From: Blastocladiella emersonii ATCC 22665 | Lineage: Eukaryota > Fungi > Blastocladiomycota | Direction of reading: 5' to 3' | Assembly (NCBI GenBank): GCA_025594325.1 | Contig: JANHCV010000007.1 | Span: 1,364,001-1,428,000, forward strand | Length of the DNA stretch: 64,000 nucleotides | In this document: one piece after another, positions 33,676 through 46,900 of the stretch | Numbering within the stretch: position 1 is the stretch's first letter | Layout: each line of letters starts with the position of its first letter | Translations under genes and position numbers: made by a program | The notes under the pieces: model-generated | Seen by the model: the letters and a program-made list of their open reading frames with translations, nothing else | Databases searched by the model: none | Told to the model about the DNA's origin: nothing

Positions 33676-35455
33676 ATGCGCAAGTCCAGCCCGAAGACGC
33701 TGCTCCTCGGCGCCCTGCTCCTCGCCGTCGCCCTCCTGGCCGCGTCGCCCGCGGCTGCCCAGAGCTGCGACGCGGCGGGTGCCGGCTACGACGACGACTA
33801 CGCGTACGCGCCGCGCCGCCGGTTCCGCCGCCGCGAGCTGCTCAAGTGCACGCCGAGTACGCCGCCCTACCCCTTCTTGTCCCCTCGTCATCGCTGTCCA
33901 CTCACACTCGCTCCCCGCTTCTCGTCCAGGCAACTCGCTCTACTTCAACGACGAGCCCGTAGTCCGCGGCGGCCCGCGCGCGTTGCAGCTGCGCCCGCTC
34001 GCGCGCCCGCGTTTCCCGACGACCGTGACGCCGCTGCAGACGGGCAGCCTGATCCTCCGCCGCAACGGCGCCGTCGAGGACCCGCACACGCGCCCCGTGC
34101 AGACGTACGGTCTGCGGACCGCCGTTGGCGTGGACCTGACGCGCAACGTGCTCGAGGACGCGCCTGTGCGCGTCGCCGCGGTCGCGCGCCTCGCCCGCGG
34201 CTACGTGTCGCCCGCCGAGCCCAGCCGCTGCAAGATCGCGGCCGTCTCGGTCTCGCTCACGTACGGCGGCGAGGTGGTGGACACGGTCAAGTACACGGGT
34301 AACCGCGTCCCGTGGGGCAAGGCGATCCGCCTCACGGACCGGGTCCCCGCGTACGACCTGCCCGAGGGCAAGAACCGGATCGCGGTCGTTGTCCGCCACA
34401 AGTACGCGGCCGACAGCGAGGAGGACTGCTCGGACGCGATCCAGCTCGAGGTCCGCTCCATCTCGGCGTGCGCGCCGCGCTGGGCCCGCAAGGACCTGAT
34501 TGCCGCTGCGCGTCGTCGCGGTGGCCGCCGTCGCGCGGCGCCTGCGCCCAAGCAGAAGCAGCCTCAGCAGCCGCAGGCCCCGCTCGACCCGTCGGTCGGC
34601 GTCCCGACCTTCGTGACCAAGAAGTCGGCCGAGACCCAGCAGCAGCAGGCGCGCCTGTTCAAGCGCGAGTTCACGTACCAGGACGCGTCGGTGGCCGAGT
34701 CGCTCGACTCGTCGGCGTCCGACTACCTCAACGACGACCGGCTCGCGAGCCTCGACCTCGGCAAGCTGATCGGCGCCGTGACCACGGTCGCCAAGGACCT
34801 GACGGACGGCAAGAAGGGGCTCAACCTGACGTCGCTCGTCGGCCTGCTCGGCGAGACCAACGTGACCAAGACCATCAAGGGGATCGCCAAGCTCGGCGAG
34901 CAGGCCGCCGGCGGCAACGGCACCTCGCTGTCCAAGCTCGGCAAGCTCGCCAACCTCACGGTCCTCGCCGATATCGCCGCCAAGGCCAACCTCACGTCGC
35001 TCGTGTCGCTGGCCCAGATCGGCGACCTGATCGGCGCCAAGAACCTGACCGCGCTCAAGGGCCTGTCGGCCGTCACCAAGCAGGCGCTCGAGGGCAACGC
35101 GACCGCCCTCACCAAGCTCGTCAAGCTCAACCTGACCGCCATCACCAGCGTCATCGAGAAGGGCAACGTCACGGCCCTCACCAACCTCGCCACGATCGGC
35201 AAGATGGTCGCCAACGCTAACATCTCGGCCAATAACCCCGACGCTGTGAAGAACCTCGCTAACCTCATCGGCATGATCAACACGAGCGGTCTCAAGACCA
35301 ACCTCAACAACAACCCCGTCACCCAGGCCACGGCGTCGGCTTCGGTTGCGGTGGGTGGTGCTTCGGCTACGGCGAGCGTCGGGAACGCGTCGTCGTCGGC
35401 GACCTCGACCGCGGCGGCCGCGGCCACCACGACCACGACCACGGGCACCAAGTAA
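33676..35455 (+). CDS. Secreted protein of unknown function with an N-glycosylation-sequon-rich repeat region (intron 33857-33929)
   Basis: Signal peptide LLLGALLLAVALLAASPAAA; dibasic sites; at least 12 N-x-S/T sequons in the C-terminal ~200 aa; Ser/Thr/Ala-rich tail. Confidence 0.75.
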
Positions 35456-35555
35456 GCTGCGCTGTTCAGTATTGCATATTGTGTGCTTTTTGTTCCAAAT
35501 GACACCGTTTTTTGATCTTCACCTCGCTTCGAGCTAGCACCGCTCGTCTCCTACT

Positions 35556-36712
35556 TCAACCTGTGCAATGCGTTTGCCCTGCCGAACGTCGGGCAGGATA
35601 CCGAACCAGCGACCGAGCGTCGCGCTCGCGTCCCCGTCCAAGTGCCGCAGTTACACGTACGCGAGCGTGGCGAACAGGTGTATCGCCACCAGGGCCATGC
35701 CGAGGTGCCACCACGCGTGCAGCTTGAGGAACTCGACCGAGTCGCACAGTTCCTACACGGACACCGCGCGGAGGAGCGGGAGTGAGGACAAGGTCGCTAG
35801 TTGACGTCGTTGATCGCGGACCTGATCGATGGTCTGATACGCCGTTCCTAGCCGCGTCATTGTCATGGCCAAACAATGATGATACAACGTACCCAAGCGC
35901 TGATCGAGACGACAAAGATGGCAAACGTGATGCCCAGCTGCCGCGGCACGCGGCCGTCGGGCCGGGCCAGCTTGACGGCCATGGCCGCTGGGACCAGGAG
36001 GGACGCTGCGAACACGATGTAGAACGGGACGACGAGGCGGAGCCGCGCGTGGGCGTACGAGTACGCGACGGCGATGAGTATCAGGAACAGGGGGAGGTGT
36101 GGGAAGCGAGTGCGTGCGAGTGGTTCGGCCATGAGGTAAAGAGTTGATAGCCCTACACGAAGTGAGCGTCAGCGTAACGCTGCCACGCGTTGCACTCACA
36201 GAGTACCGAGGTAGATCATGGGGAGCTCGTCCAGGAGCTACACGCATCAGGCACATCATCAGTTCGCCGACCATTCTTGCTCGCGAGACGCGGGCATCAC
36301 AACCTGTGGCCCGTAGAGCATGGTCGCATGAAACGCGAAGCTACCCATTCCAACGACCATGACGGCCACGGCGGCCACGTCGAATCTGCGCTCAACTACT
36401 GGGCAGTGAGCATCGAATCACCCCCCAAGAGGTTGAACGCGGGGACGTACGTTCGAGCCCGCGCGACACCCACAAGTTGTACGCCCCGGCCGCGACGAGG
36501 AACAGGTTGGACAGCGCGTTGGCGAACTCGGCGACGTACGGCGTGGCAGTGTAGTTGAACTCGCAGAACTGGCCGCGGGATCGGGATCAGCGCGGGCGCG
36601 AGGAGTGAGGCAGCGGACGTACATCGACCGAGGCCGTCACCCGGCCCCAGTACCCCTCGTTGCCCTGCGTGAGGCTGAACCGCGTCGTGCGGTTGTCGTC
36701 CGTGAATCTCAT
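35556..36712 (-). CDS. YPC1: Alkaline ceramidase (CREST family), multi-exon
   Basis: GYWGRVTASVD|FCEFNY..YVAEFANALSN, GS..FHATM, LLDELPM and HAWWH motifs. Confidence 0.88.
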
Positions 36713-36931
36713 TGTTGCTACGATGCCGTCGCCGGTGGGGAGGGAGGGGGAGCAGGGCCGCGGACAATAACCTCCCTTCACCGCGACCGTACTCCCTCCG
36801 TCCGCCGCACGGATCGACCAGGTTTGCAAAACTGGCCGGTCGCTTCATGTGAATGTGTACGGTATGGGCGATCGAACGGCTCTCCAACCCATGTGATATT
36901 ATGTGCAAATAAAGCAACTGCTCCATATCAT

Positions 36932-39022
36932 TCATAACCTCACAACACTCGCGCCCCCCTCCGCTTCCTCATCGTCGTCGTCGTACCCCCACGCGCCCCA
37001 CCCGTCCGAGTCGCTGCCCGCACCGCCGTCCGCGCTGGCGTTGAGCAGCGCCGCTCCTGCTGCCGCGTGGTGATCCCGCGCAAGTGTCGCCATCGACCCC
37101 GCCGGGTTCGCGGCCGCGACCGTGACGACGCGCTGGTGGGGCGAGGTGCCGGGCGCCGACTTGGCCGCGGCCGTGGCCGTTACCCCACCGCCACCGGTGC
37201 CCTGGCGCGACCGGTGCAGGTGCGACTCGAGGTCGTCGTCGAGGTCGCGCGTCGGGACGGCTTCCCAGAGGGTCTCCCCAGCGGCGGCGGCGACGCGGGC
37301 AGAGGAGCTGCCGCCGGGCGCGATTCCGTCGGGTCGCGCGGGCAGGTTGAGGACGCCGCCGTGATCGCGCTTGTCGAGGTGGTTGATGTAAAGCCCGATG
37401 AAGATGGCGATAAGGCCCGAAACCGAAAAGAGCATTTCGGTCGAGTAGTACGTCGGATCCGCGGCGCTCAGCCCCGCGACGACGACGGGGAACACGGTCC
37501 AGGCAAAGTTGGCGAGGGAGGTGTTGATGCCGCTACATGCGAGAGTGTCAGGTTTCGGTCGAGTGAGCGATGAGTTGAGGGGAGAGCGTACTAGGCGGTG
37601 CCGAGGAACGCGTCAGGCACGACGAGCGGGATGCACGGGACGAACGTGAGCAGCAGCGCGTAGCTGGACCCGAGCACCATGAGGACGGGGATCGGCGACG
37701 CGACGACGGACGTCGGGACCGCGCCGAGGATGAAATGCGCGAAACAGATGATACACGCGCTGAGCACGATTGCATGAGCGCGGTGCCCGCGGCGGTCGAA
37801 AAACGTTCCCGCGAACGGCACCAGCAGCGCCGAGAGCGTGTCGGGAACGCCCATGACCTGGGCGGCGTGCTGCGGGTCGGTCGGGTACCACTTGTAGGTG
37901 AGGAAGGCGGCGTGGATCGTGTTGAAGGGGATCACGGTGCCGTACTGGAAGATCATGGACAGCTGGATCAGCCAGAATACGCGCGGGAAGGCGCGCACCC
38001 CGCGCTGCAGCACCCACAGCTCGCGCTTGACGAGCGACCACGCGTTGAACCCGTGCGGCCAGTTGGCCGGGTCGCCGCCGCCAGCCTGCTCCTCGCCGGC
38101 GGTCCGCGGCGTGCGCGCGAGGAGCGCCGCGCGGCCGTCGCCGTCGAGCGGTTTGGGCGTGCCCCGGCTGCCGCTCCCGGACAGGTCGTGTAGCCGCATG
38201 GCGCGGTGGTTCGCGAGCACGGTCTCGGGGCAGATGTGCGCGTTCTTGGCGTCGAGGAGCACGAGGAACACGGTCGACGTGAGCGAGAGCAGGCACGTCA
38301 GGAAGCCGGTCCATAGTGCCGTCGGGACGTCGTAGTGGTGCGCGAGGTACGGGCTACACGGTCAGGCGAGTGAGTGAGTGAAGGTGCGGGGCGGCGGGTG
38401 AAGAGAAGCGGACCTGATGAGGTCGTTGACGACGCTCCCGAGGCGCGCCACGGCAAGGTTGATGCCGACGGCGAGAGCCAGCTCGCTGCCGCGGAACCAT
38501 TTTGTCGTGATACGTTGTTGCTACGGGTTCGAACAACGTTAGTGAGCAGTCGCAGTCGTGCGACTCTAGCGGTTCATGCCGTACCGACACGCTGAGCGTC
38601 TCTCCGCCTAGCCCAAAGAGAAACCGGCCAAACACGGCCCAGCTGGGTGTCCGCGAGACGAGGCCGATGGTGAAGAAGAGCTGGCCAACCACGCTGAGCA
38701 GCGACGTGACGACGGCGATCGTGCGTGCGCCGTATTTGTCGATGAGCGCGCCACCAATAAACGGCAGGACGATGTTCGGCAGCGAGTAGACGACAAAGAA
38801 GCTGCCGATCAGGTACTGGTACTCTGTCGCCGGCAATCCGCTGTACTCTTCCAGCGGGATGTTGAGGGCGGCGACCTGGTCGTAGGCATAGAAGTTGCCG
38901 ACGAGGACAAAACATGTGGTCGATAGGACGACCCAGCGCATGCGCGGCGGCGGCGGGAGCCCCGCGAGCAACTCGGCGTCGTCGTCGTCGCCGTGGCCCG
39001 AGGTGTCGTGGACGGGCAGCAT
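36932..39022 (-). CDS. MFSD1: MFS transporter, MFSD1-like (lysosomal/vacuolar), multi-exon
   Basis: RWVVL..GNFYAYDQVAAL, YSLPNIVLPFIGGALIDKYG, GRFLFGLGGE and PFAGTFFDRRG; multiple TM segments. Confidence 0.82.
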
Positions 39023-39304
39023 GGCGGGCAGTCTACTAGGTTGCAGCAGCTAGATCCGCCGGTCCGTGGAGTTGATGCGTTGCAGTGCGGTATACGGTGG
39101 GCGGTGCAGGGAGAGGGAGGGCGAGCGAGGCGCGTCTCCGTTGGCGAGGGCGGCGTGGTGGCGCTCCGACGCGCCGGTTAGCATCACGTGCGCCTGCGTC
39201 ACCGGGATCGGCAGCCGCTCGCCGCTCGCGGTCCTCGCTTCCTCTCTACCAGCGCTGCGATTCGCCTTGCATACGGAAAAGACTTGTCGCAACGAATTAC
39301 CACC

Positions 39305-40101
39305 ATGCAGCCTTCTCTCGCCTCTGCCGCCGCCCCGACGCCGCTCTTCGGTGGAGGCCTTGAGGCCGTGTTCCCGGCCGAGCTCATCGACGTCAGGTCC
39401 GCGCGCTTCCCGGGGCGCCCGTAGATCGGCCACACCTCTGACTCTGCGCTCATATAGCCAGTTCCGCCAGGTTCCCGACAACCAGGAGGTGTGGGTCGAT
39501 GCAACCACCTCGGCCGTCCCCTCGGTGCCTGGTTCCGCGCCGGCACCCGCGACGCAGGACTCGGCGTCGCTGATCATCGAGCTGCTCGAGCTCGACGAGA
39601 CCGTGTCGATTGACGCCATGGCGACGTTCCACCTCGACCAGGTGGCGCGCGACGCCGAGTCCGAGGGCTACACGCCGCTGCAGACGGGCTCGCTCAGCGA
39701 CGGCGCGTGCCGCATGAGCGCCGGCGGGTGCGTTCTTCCCATCGTTCTGACGTCGGGTGGGAACACAACTGACGAGCTCGCATTCGCAATGTAGCCGCCC
39801 CTTCGCAGTGCGCAGCGTGTTCGCGGAAATGAACGCTGCCAAGTTCGGCGGCCGCGGGAGCGCCTCGGGCGGCGCGCACGCCGTGTTCGTGCTGCTGTGG
39901 GTGATCCGCGTGCCGAGCGTCAAGACCGACATTGTCGTGACGTGGAACCTCCCGCGCGGCGCGCTGGGCCCGGGCATCCCCGGCGCGGCCGGCGCCTCGG
40001 TGCCCCGCACCGCCGTCGACCAGCTCACGCCCGACCTGATCGCGCGGTGCGCCGTGGTGCCGCTCACGCTTTCGGTCGTGGACTGGGGGCTCTTCTGCTG
40101 A
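39305..40101 (+). CDS. MOG1: Ran guanine-nucleotide release factor Mog1 (two introns)
   Basis: LFGGGLEAVFP..IDV|RQVPDNQEV, SLIIELLE, FHLDQVARD and LWVIRVPSVKTDIVVTWN. Confidence 0.88.
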
Positions 40102-40750
40102 GTAGGAGAAACACGTTGATTTTTGTGCGTAAGCGGGCTCAAGCGCGCGATGGGAGGGTGCGAGCAGGGGGCTAAGGTGCGAGACAAAAGTGTCTCTCGC
40201 GTCACGCGACGCGATGCGAGTGGCAGCCGTTGGGGCGCCCCTTCGCGTCGCGACTTCCGCCCGCGCGCCACGCGCTTTCCCGTCGCCGCCTTCACGCTGC
40301 ACGCCGCCGACCGTGCTGCGTCACTGTGCCCGCACGCCGTCTTGATCTTCGCCGTGAGGGATCGCGCCGCCGCCGCCAAACTCTGCAGCCAAGTCGGCCA
40401 CGCGTCTTGCCATGCATCGACCACGGCCGGCGCCGCCGCGAGGGCGCCTCGCAGCCTCACCCTTGCTCTCACCTCGGCCCTGAGCCCTCGCTAACAACAC
40501 CAGCGACGCTCACACACACCGGCCACGGTTCCCTGCGCCCCGAAACACTTCGAATCGGGTGAGGTGTCAGCGAGACGGCTGACGACCACTTCGAATCTGG
40601 CGCCCGCTCGGCTCTCACAGTTCAACTTTGGCTTTTCTCCGCTCTTCCGTTCGCTCGCGCCCTGCCCGCCCTCGCCGCCCTCCGTGCGCCCGCTCTCTCC
40701 TCTCCCTCGCCTGCCCTCCACGACGCGATCACCCACCCGCCCTTGCAACC

Positions 40751-42297
40751 ATGACAACCAAGGCCACCACTGGGCCCTCCGATGCAGTCCCGGCGGGCAC
40801 CGCCGCCGCCAAGGGCGGGCGCGTCATCTCGACGGCCGAGCTCGCCACCCACAACACGCGCGAGTCGGCCTGGGTCGCGATCCGCGGCAAGGTACCGTGC
40901 GAATCCTCGGACGACCCGTCGCGACCGCACTCGCTCACGTCCCTCCCTCCTTGCGAGTAGGTCTACGACGTGACCAACTTCATCTCGCGGCACCCGGGCG
41001 GCGAGGATGTGATGCTGCTCGGCATCGGGCGCGACTCGACGCAGGTGTTCGAGATGTACCACCAGCTCAAGGTCGCGGGCTCGCTGCCCAAGTACTACGT
41101 GGGCGAGCTCGCCGACAACGAGCTGCCCGTGTTCCCGCCGTCGTCGCTCTTCTTCCAGACGGTCAAGAAGCGCGTCTACGACCACCTCGCGGCGCAGGGA
41201 CTCGACCCCAAGATCGCGCCCGGCATGTGGATGCGCTACGTGGTCATCTACGCCACGCTTGCCGTGTCGTGGTACCTGCAGTTCTTCGTGTTCACGGCCG
41301 GCGCCGTCCAGTGGATGCTCGCCCTCGTCCTCGGCTTCTTCTGCGCCCAGATCGGACTCAACCCGATGCACGACGCCTCGCACTTCACCATCTCGCACAA
41401 CCCGTGGGCCTGGAAGGTCATCGGTGCCACCCACGACTTCTTCAACGGCGCGTCCTACCTCGTCTGGGAGTACCAGCACATGCAGGGCCACCACAGCTAC
41501 ACGTACGCTTGCCCTTTCGCTGCAGTCGGACCAACTCCGCTCACGCTCGCCCCCACTCGTGTAGCAACATCGAGGGCGCCGACCCCGACATTGTGACCTC
41601 GGAGCACGACGTGCGCCGCATCAAGCAGTCGCAGACGTGGTTCTCGCGATTCCTGAACCAGCACCTGTGGGTCCCCTTCCTGTACGGCGTGCTCGGCATC
41701 AAGACGCGCATCCAGGACGTGCAGATCCTGTACTTTGTCAAGAAGAACGACAACATCCGCGTCAACCCCATCACGCCGTGGCACCACGCCGTGTTCTGGC
41801 TCGGCAAGGCCTTCTTCGCCTTCTACCGCTTCTACGTGCCCATCGCCGTCGCCGGCATCTCGGTCCCGCGCACCCTCGCCCTCTTCCTCGTCGCCGACCT
41901 CGTCTCATCGTACTGGCTCGCCCTCACCTTCCAGGCCAACCACGTGGTCGAGGAGACCGAGTGGCCCAAGCCCAACGACAAGAACGAGATGGACGTCGAC
42001 TGGGCCACCATGCAGCTGTCGACGACCCAGGACTACGCGCACACGTCGCGGTTCTGGACCATCGCCACGGGCGCCCTCAACTACCAGGCCGTGCACCACC
42101 TGTTCCCCGAGATCTCGCAGTACTACTACCCGAACATTGCGCCCGTCATCATGGAGACCTGCAAGGAGTTCAACATCCCCTACCTCTACAAGCCGACGTT
42201 CACGTCCGCCCTCGGATCGCACATCGAGTACCTCCGCGTCCTCGGGTTCAACGAGCACCCGCTCGACCTCGCGGCGAAGGCGGCTAAGGCTGAGTAG
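40751..42297 (+). CDS. Front-end (delta-5) fatty acid desaturase with cytochrome b5 domain (introns near 40.89-40.96 and 41.50-41.57 kb)
   Basis: HPGG; His boxes HDASH, QHMQGHH and QAVHHLFP. The DFFNGASY..GADPD..DVRRIK..YGVLGIKTRIQD stretch resembles Mortierella delta-5 desaturase. Confidence 0.93.
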
Positions 42298-42572
42298 GTT
42301 GTGGCGGTGGTGGTCGAGAGTTCGAGTACCCGCAGTATGTTTTGCTTCGTTGCGTTTCTGAGCTATGTCTGTTTGCCTCGCCTCTAATTCAACAGCACGT
42401 CCCGCTCGCACCTCCGGCTATGAGTCTCATGAAACGCACGCGCGAGTCGTGCTGTTTCGCAGCGCGACGAACCGCATATACGGAAATCAGGTGAGCGATC
42501 AGCCGGGGTGACCGCTGGCCGCGCCGTGCCCTGAACGCGATTCCGCTCTTCAACGAGCTCACGCTCACTGCC

Positions 42573-44956
42573 ATGAATCCGATGGAGAAACTGCGTGACT
42601 TGGCGCAGTCTGGCGCGGAAGAGCCAAGCAGCGACAACGACCTATTCGGAACACACGGGTCTACCGCGTTGCTGTCCGAGCTCCCAAACGAGATCATCAT
42701 GGCGATCCTCCAGCTGGCACAGCCGCGTTCCATCGCATGTACTGCGATAAGCGGCCTTTTTGCTGCAGCGCGCGACTTGTCCATTAATCGCGTCTGGGCC
42801 CCGCTCATGCTCCGTCGGTTTATCAATCCCCACCTCGTTCACCACTACGATCAAGCGCACCGCGATCGCTACCCTCCCGGTCCCGGCTTCTTCATCAACG
42901 TGGGCTATCTCTCCTCCGATCCGGATCCCCGGGTTCTGCTTGCCAGCTTCAAGGGATCTTTGGTCGGCCTGCGCAAGGCTTTGACGCGGGCTACGGGTTC
43001 GACGGACTTCGAACGTGGTGCTGCTGGGCATTGTCGCAGTTTCTAGTCGCTGAAGTTGTTGGTAATGGAGAGCACCCCACCGACCCGCTCGATTACGCTC
43101 ACGTTGCCGCTCCGTACCAGCTTCTTGCAGCAGCCGTGCACCATGACGATCCTGACGTACTCAAGGACATGTTGGATGCGGTCCTCGACCTACTTCCTTC
43201 TGTTCTCCTGATCCGCCTCTCGGCAGCAAATCGGTGGCGCTTGTCGAACCAAAGTCGGCACGACTTTGTCGAGTACTTTGGGGGCCTTGGACTCTTAGCC
43301 AACCTCACACCCATCACATTCATTGAACACCTCCTGCTCCTCTCCGCGGTTTCGTGGAGCAGCGAGAGCTTCCGCATTCTCAGCGATCCCGAGCTTGGAC
43401 TCGACATGCCAGTGCTTGCGCATGCCCTCGGTTACAACGTGCTCGCGCCTTTTGCAATCGCGGCTCTCAAAGGACTTTCGCGACCTGCAGCTGAGCTGTT
43501 CCCCATCCTTGACTGGCTGCTGCAGTCGAGTACCTTCGGTACGGTGCGTAGTATCGACGGGACGCACCTCGTCAACTGCTTGCTCGCTGACACCGTACCG
43601 CGGGACTTCTTTTACCGCGCGGCGCGGAAGTACCCGGTCTATATCACAAGAGGTATTAAGCCGTGCGACTTGGACGTGATCGCGTCGCGCGTGAACAAGT
43701 GGCCGCTTGAGGCCGTGGATACGGACTACATTTCGATTCTTGACGACCTTGGCCTTCTCAACAGCAGGGCCTGGAGCTACCTTCTCTTGCGCGGCTTGTT
43801 CCAGGACGCGGGGACTGGCGCCGGCGAGCTCTCATCTTTTGCTGCTGCTCAGTTTGGGCCTCGGTTCAAGGCTGCTTTTGTTGATGGTACGTTCCTGTCC
43901 ATGCTACTCGGAGATGCATCAACCTACATGATTCCTTGTAGCCGTCGGTGATAGCCTCGCTGGCCACTTCGAAGATGGTCGTGCTATCAAACACACGCTT
44001 GTTCACGGTTATCGCCAGCTTGGGCGCGACGAGCTTGAATCAGCAGTCCCGGCTATCGCTGCGGTAATGAGGGTAGAGTTTGACAACAATCGACAGTATG
44101 CTAGAGACCGCGCGGCTCACTCGAGATTCGTCCGCGGGACAAAGCACTGGCTGTTCGCCTGCGGCGAGCTCCAGCTTGATCCGTGGATCCTGTTTCGTCT
44201 CGCCAACGAGCTTCTCAGCATCTCGAGCTTCGCGCTTGTCGACGTTGTCAAACTCGCGTGGATCCCGGCCGCAGTTCTGGGTGGCACTACGACCCAGCGT
44301 GCCGCGCTTGACTTGATCCGCAAGAAGCGGACCGCGTGCACGTTCCTCTCGATCATGATTGCAAGCCAGCTTTCAGGGCACTCTGACGCCTATCCACCGC
44401 AATCGCATCCCGAGGTCAAATCCTGTGCATCGCTTCAGGCCCACGAGTTGTGGTTCGTTTCCATATCGGCTTTACAGGAGATCGCGCTTGCAACAAACGG
44501 TACCAGTGGGCAGGGTTCCCTCCGTCGCTCTCTGCGCATATCGCGCGGGTCGTGTTCAAGGAGCCACGAAGCTGGCTCAAGAAGCGTTTTAACACGGAGA
44601 TCGAGCAAATTTCGTTTGTGACTGGAACTGTCACTTGCTTGCGGTGTGGCGACACGCTGGTTCCTAGCCTACTTCGGACCTTTGAGCTTCTTGCCTGCAC
44701 AGAGCTTGCTGCTACACTCGCAGCCTGCGACCAAGACACTGTGGTTACGCTCGCGTTCTGGCTGCTTGTCCCAGATGGTGCACTCGATGGCATCAAGGAC
44801 GCGACGTGGATCACGGAGATGGCACGCAGGTCGCGCCTCAAGTTCGAACCAGCTGTGTATCGCGCTGTCGTTGAGGAGCTTCGCCGGATTGCTCCCGCGG
44901 CTTCAAGGTTTCTCGATTTTACTAGTACTGCTCCAGCGTGGTCCGAACTTGATTGA
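42573..44956 (+). CDS. F-box-like protein of unknown function, multi-exon (e.g. intron 43888-43940); exon structure partly unresolved
   Basis: LLSELPNEIIMAIL..CTAISGLFAAA..VW is F-box-like. GTACGT..TTGTAG splicing links the 43031 and 44067 ORFs in frame. Relaxed codon bias. Confidence 0.5.
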
Positions 44957-45095
44957 CGCGTTCGGTCTGCACGCGGTGATTACTGGGTTGATGTCTGTTG
45001 GTACATAAAAAACGCGTCATAGACTTGACATTAGATGTCGTTACCCGCCTCAACTTTAAGGACTCCAGACTTCGGTGCCCGAGCGAAGGGCGATG

Positions 45096-45134
45096 GACGC
45101 GTCGATCTATCATGTGAAAGGCACGTGATGTCTC
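45096..45134 (+). promoter_or_regulatory. 39-bp motif copy 1: GACGCGTC-N7-CATGTGA-N3-GCACGTGATG-TCTC
   Basis: Same spacing as 46862-46900 and 50992-51030. Contains ACGCGT and two E-box-like hexamers. Function is inferred. Confidence 0.7.
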
Positions 45135-45432
45135 AACGCCCTGTCACCGTTCGCCCGTTTCCGTTGCCTCATGCTCGGGCCCGCGCTATGTCTTTCCTGA
45201 GTTTCAAATCTCCTCAAGAGACAAATTGCCGCTTTAGGTTGCGTCTCGGAGTGCACGTTTCCGCGCCGGCCCGCGTGCCAGGTGGTGGAATCGGTCGAGT
45301 GTCTGGCCGCACGGTCGTGGCGTTCAAAATCGGGTGGCCGCGGCGGCGCTTCTTCTCTTGTTCGATCTAGACGTCTCAGCTTCTTCGCATCGTATCCGTC
45401 CGACATGCACCGCGCTGGCTCGGGACGACCGG

Positions 45433-46588
45433 ATGCCCCGCCAGCTTGGGCGCACGCTGTCGCCGCTCGTGATCGGTACCGTCGGTGTCGTCGCCACACT
45501 CTACCGCATCGCCCAGCTCTCGGCCGCGCGCAGCAAGCTCCAGGCCGCGACCGGCTCACCGCACACCAGTGTGGCCCCTGGGCTCTCAGCCGTCGATGCA
45601 TTTGGATACCTAACCGGTCGCGTTCGCAGCGCGGGCCCCGTCATGACGCAGCCCGGACTCTCGACTCCCGCTCGTCCCAGTGGACGCCTCCTGCCACCAC
45701 CCGCGACGGCCGTTTTGATCGACGGCGACGTGGACGCTGGTGGGCGCACTGTCGTGGCGACGGGCGTGTGTCGCCCGCACCGTGGCGAGCGCGCCTTCAC
45801 GCGGGTCCAGGACAAGTTCGAGTTCCTGGCCGGCGATCGCACCGTGCTCAAAAGGACGCTGCTCCAGATCGACGTGCCCCGCATCGCGCAAGACTCCTAC
45901 GTCGAAGACGCCGTGACCGAGGGTTTTGCAACGCTTGACGCCGAGGTCAGCGGCAAGGTGTGGGGCCGTACGTTCCTCGGCTTCGTCTCGCTGCTCATGG
46001 TCGGCATCATGATTTTCGGCATCTACATGTTCTTCCGCGGCGCCATCGAGATGCAGATCCCGTACCTGCGCGACCTGCGTGGCGCGTTCTGGCCGCTCAT
46101 GTGTCTTGGGCTCGTCCTCTGCGGCGCGGCTGGGATCTTCACCGCGTCGTACCTTCAGCAGCGCAATACGTACCTCATCGACCGCGCGGCGGATGAGCTG
46201 TCCAAGTCGCCCGCGTCCGTGGCCGCGGGCCTCGTGTGGTACTTCCAGCGGCCCGTCACTACGAAACCGCGCCTTGAGCTCAGCATCACCGACCGTGCGT
46301 ACTGGTGCGTGCTGTGTTGCGTCGCGTGCATCTGCTCGTCCGGCAACTCGGCTGGTATCGATGACTTCGACGGACCCGAGATTGAGCGCGGGACGTTTGA
46401 TTGGGTACGGTTCTAGTGCACCTTGGAATCACGGCTGGTGAACTGATGTGCCGCACGACGAATAGGTCATCAGTGTTCGCCGCAATCCGTCGCCCCCAGT
46501 CCTTGACGCCGTGATCAGCGTTGCCGCGGTCCACAACGAGTACGAGGGCGACATGATGAGCTCTCCTCCGCCGACCTACAAGCGGTGA
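45433..46588 (+). CDS. Uncharacterised membrane protein (about 3 TM segments); probable last exon 46466-46588
   Basis: Hydrophobic segments LVIGTVGVVATLY, FLGFVSLLMVGIMIFGIYMFF and FWPLMCLGLVLCGAAGIF. TGG|GTACGG donor and AATAG acceptor are in frame. Confidence 0.55.
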
Positions 46589-46861
46589 TTCAGCTGCCGC
46601 TCGTCCAACCGCAAGGACGATGACGAAGCATTTGGTGAGCCACCCAATACACTTTGTGCCTTAAGTCGACAGAGCCCGTGAATAGCATTTTAAGTTCGCT
46701 TGGCGTTCACGCTGCGCTTGATGATTGTGCATACACTTAATGTTCGTTCAGGTCTCACACACGAATGCCAGAGCAGGGTAAACAGACAATATTCACGCTG
46801 TTTTGACACTAGACGAGCGGGACGCGCCTGATTCACGGCACTCGTCTCGAGAAGGACACGA

Positions 46862-46900
46862 GACGCGTCGATCAAACACGTGACAAGCACGTGATGTCTC
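46862..46900 (+). promoter_or_regulatory. 39-bp motif copy 2: GACGCGTC-N7-CACGTGA-N3-GCACGTGATG-TCTC
   Basis: See copy 1. Confidence 0.7.
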
